A stretch of DNA of 5,458 nucleotides, taken from assembly GCA_003144275.1 (NCBI GenBank), contig NJBF01000103.1:1-5458 (forward strand). The letters run 5' to 3'. The notes under the pieces were generated by a model. The model searched no databases and was not told where the DNA came from. It saw only the letters and a program-made list of their open reading frames with translations. Position numbers and translations under genes: made by a program. Below, one piece after another: positions 5,015 to 5,458 of this stretch; the first letter of the stretch is position 1, and each line of letters starts with the position of its first letter. This stretch comes from Candidatus Heimdallarchaeota archaeon B3_Heim (GTDB lineage Archaea > Asgardarchaeota > Heimdallarchaeia > Hodarchaeales > Hodarchaeaceae).

Positions 5015-5458
5015 TCACAGATTAAATCTTTCCCCCAGATAGATTTTGCGGGTGATTTCACAATTAGCTACGTGACGGGGAGTTCCTGAAGTCAGTATTT
5101 TTCCATTATGCATAATATAAGCTCTATCGGTAATTTTAAGAGTCTCCCTCACATTATGGTCGGTAACTAATATCCCCAACCCTTTTTCTTTTAGATAAGA
5201 AATTATTTCCTGAATGTCATAAACCGCAATAGGGTCAACTCCGGTAAAGGGTTCGTCAAGCAACATAAAAGAAGGTGAACTGGTTAAAGTTCGGGCTATT
5301 TCTACCCGGCGTCTTTCCCCTCCGGAGAGCATATATCCTTTGTAATCAGCGAGATGGTCTATTTCTAACTCCTTTAATAAAGAATAGCACCTTTCTCTCT
5401 GTTCATCTCTTTTGACTCCCAACGATTCTAAAATTAGAAGGAGATTTTCTTCTACAGT
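5015..5458 (-). CDS. lptB: LPS export ABC transporter ATP-binding protein LptB (3' part, starts outside the window)
   Basis: Frame is open to the window edge (TVEENLLLILESLGVKRDEQ...). ABC signature LSGGERRRVEIAR, Walker B MLLDEPFTGVDPIAV, H-loop GILVTDHNVRETL and C-terminal RKIYLGERFNL are all LptB-typical. Confidence 0.92.
   Translation of the reverse strand, partial: TVEENLLLILESLGVKRDEQRERCYSLLKELEIDHLADYKGYMLSGGERRRVEIARTLTSSPSFMLLDEPFTGVDPIAVYDIQEIISYLKEKGLGILVTDHNVRETLKITDRAYIMHNGKILTSGTPRHVANCEITRKIYLGERFNL

Overview
AT-rich bacterial window whose five real genes all lie on the minus strand. It looks like a cell-envelope locus of a diderm Terrabacteria-type organism; Atribacterota, Synergistota or diderm Firmicutes would fit, but the taxon is inference only. 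In transcription order: 3' part of lptB; a four-helix-bundle (23S rRNA IVP / TIGR02436-like) gene; a DUF3084-type membrane-anchored coiled-coil protein; an extremely acidic SLH + coiled-coil + beta-barrel OmpM-like protein with its own promoters, long leader and terminator; and the 5' part of an unknown exported helical-repeat protein. The intergenic DNA is highly structured. (1) The four-helix-bundle gene is enclosed by inverted octamer arrays forming a 31-bp (29/31) inverted repeat that begins 2 nt after the lptB stop, resembling an intervening sequence inside an mRNA. (2) A gene-less ~285-bp patchwork of short repeats with 13-bp inverted ends forms the probable 5' UTR of the last gene. (3) The OmpM-like leader can fold into nested helices that display a perfect Shine-Dalgarno in a loop in front of a 4-codon micro-ORF. 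(4) A doublet of two different GTAG-type REPs follows the DUF3084 gene. No transposase, reverse transcriptase, tRNA, rRNA or CRISPR array is visible.
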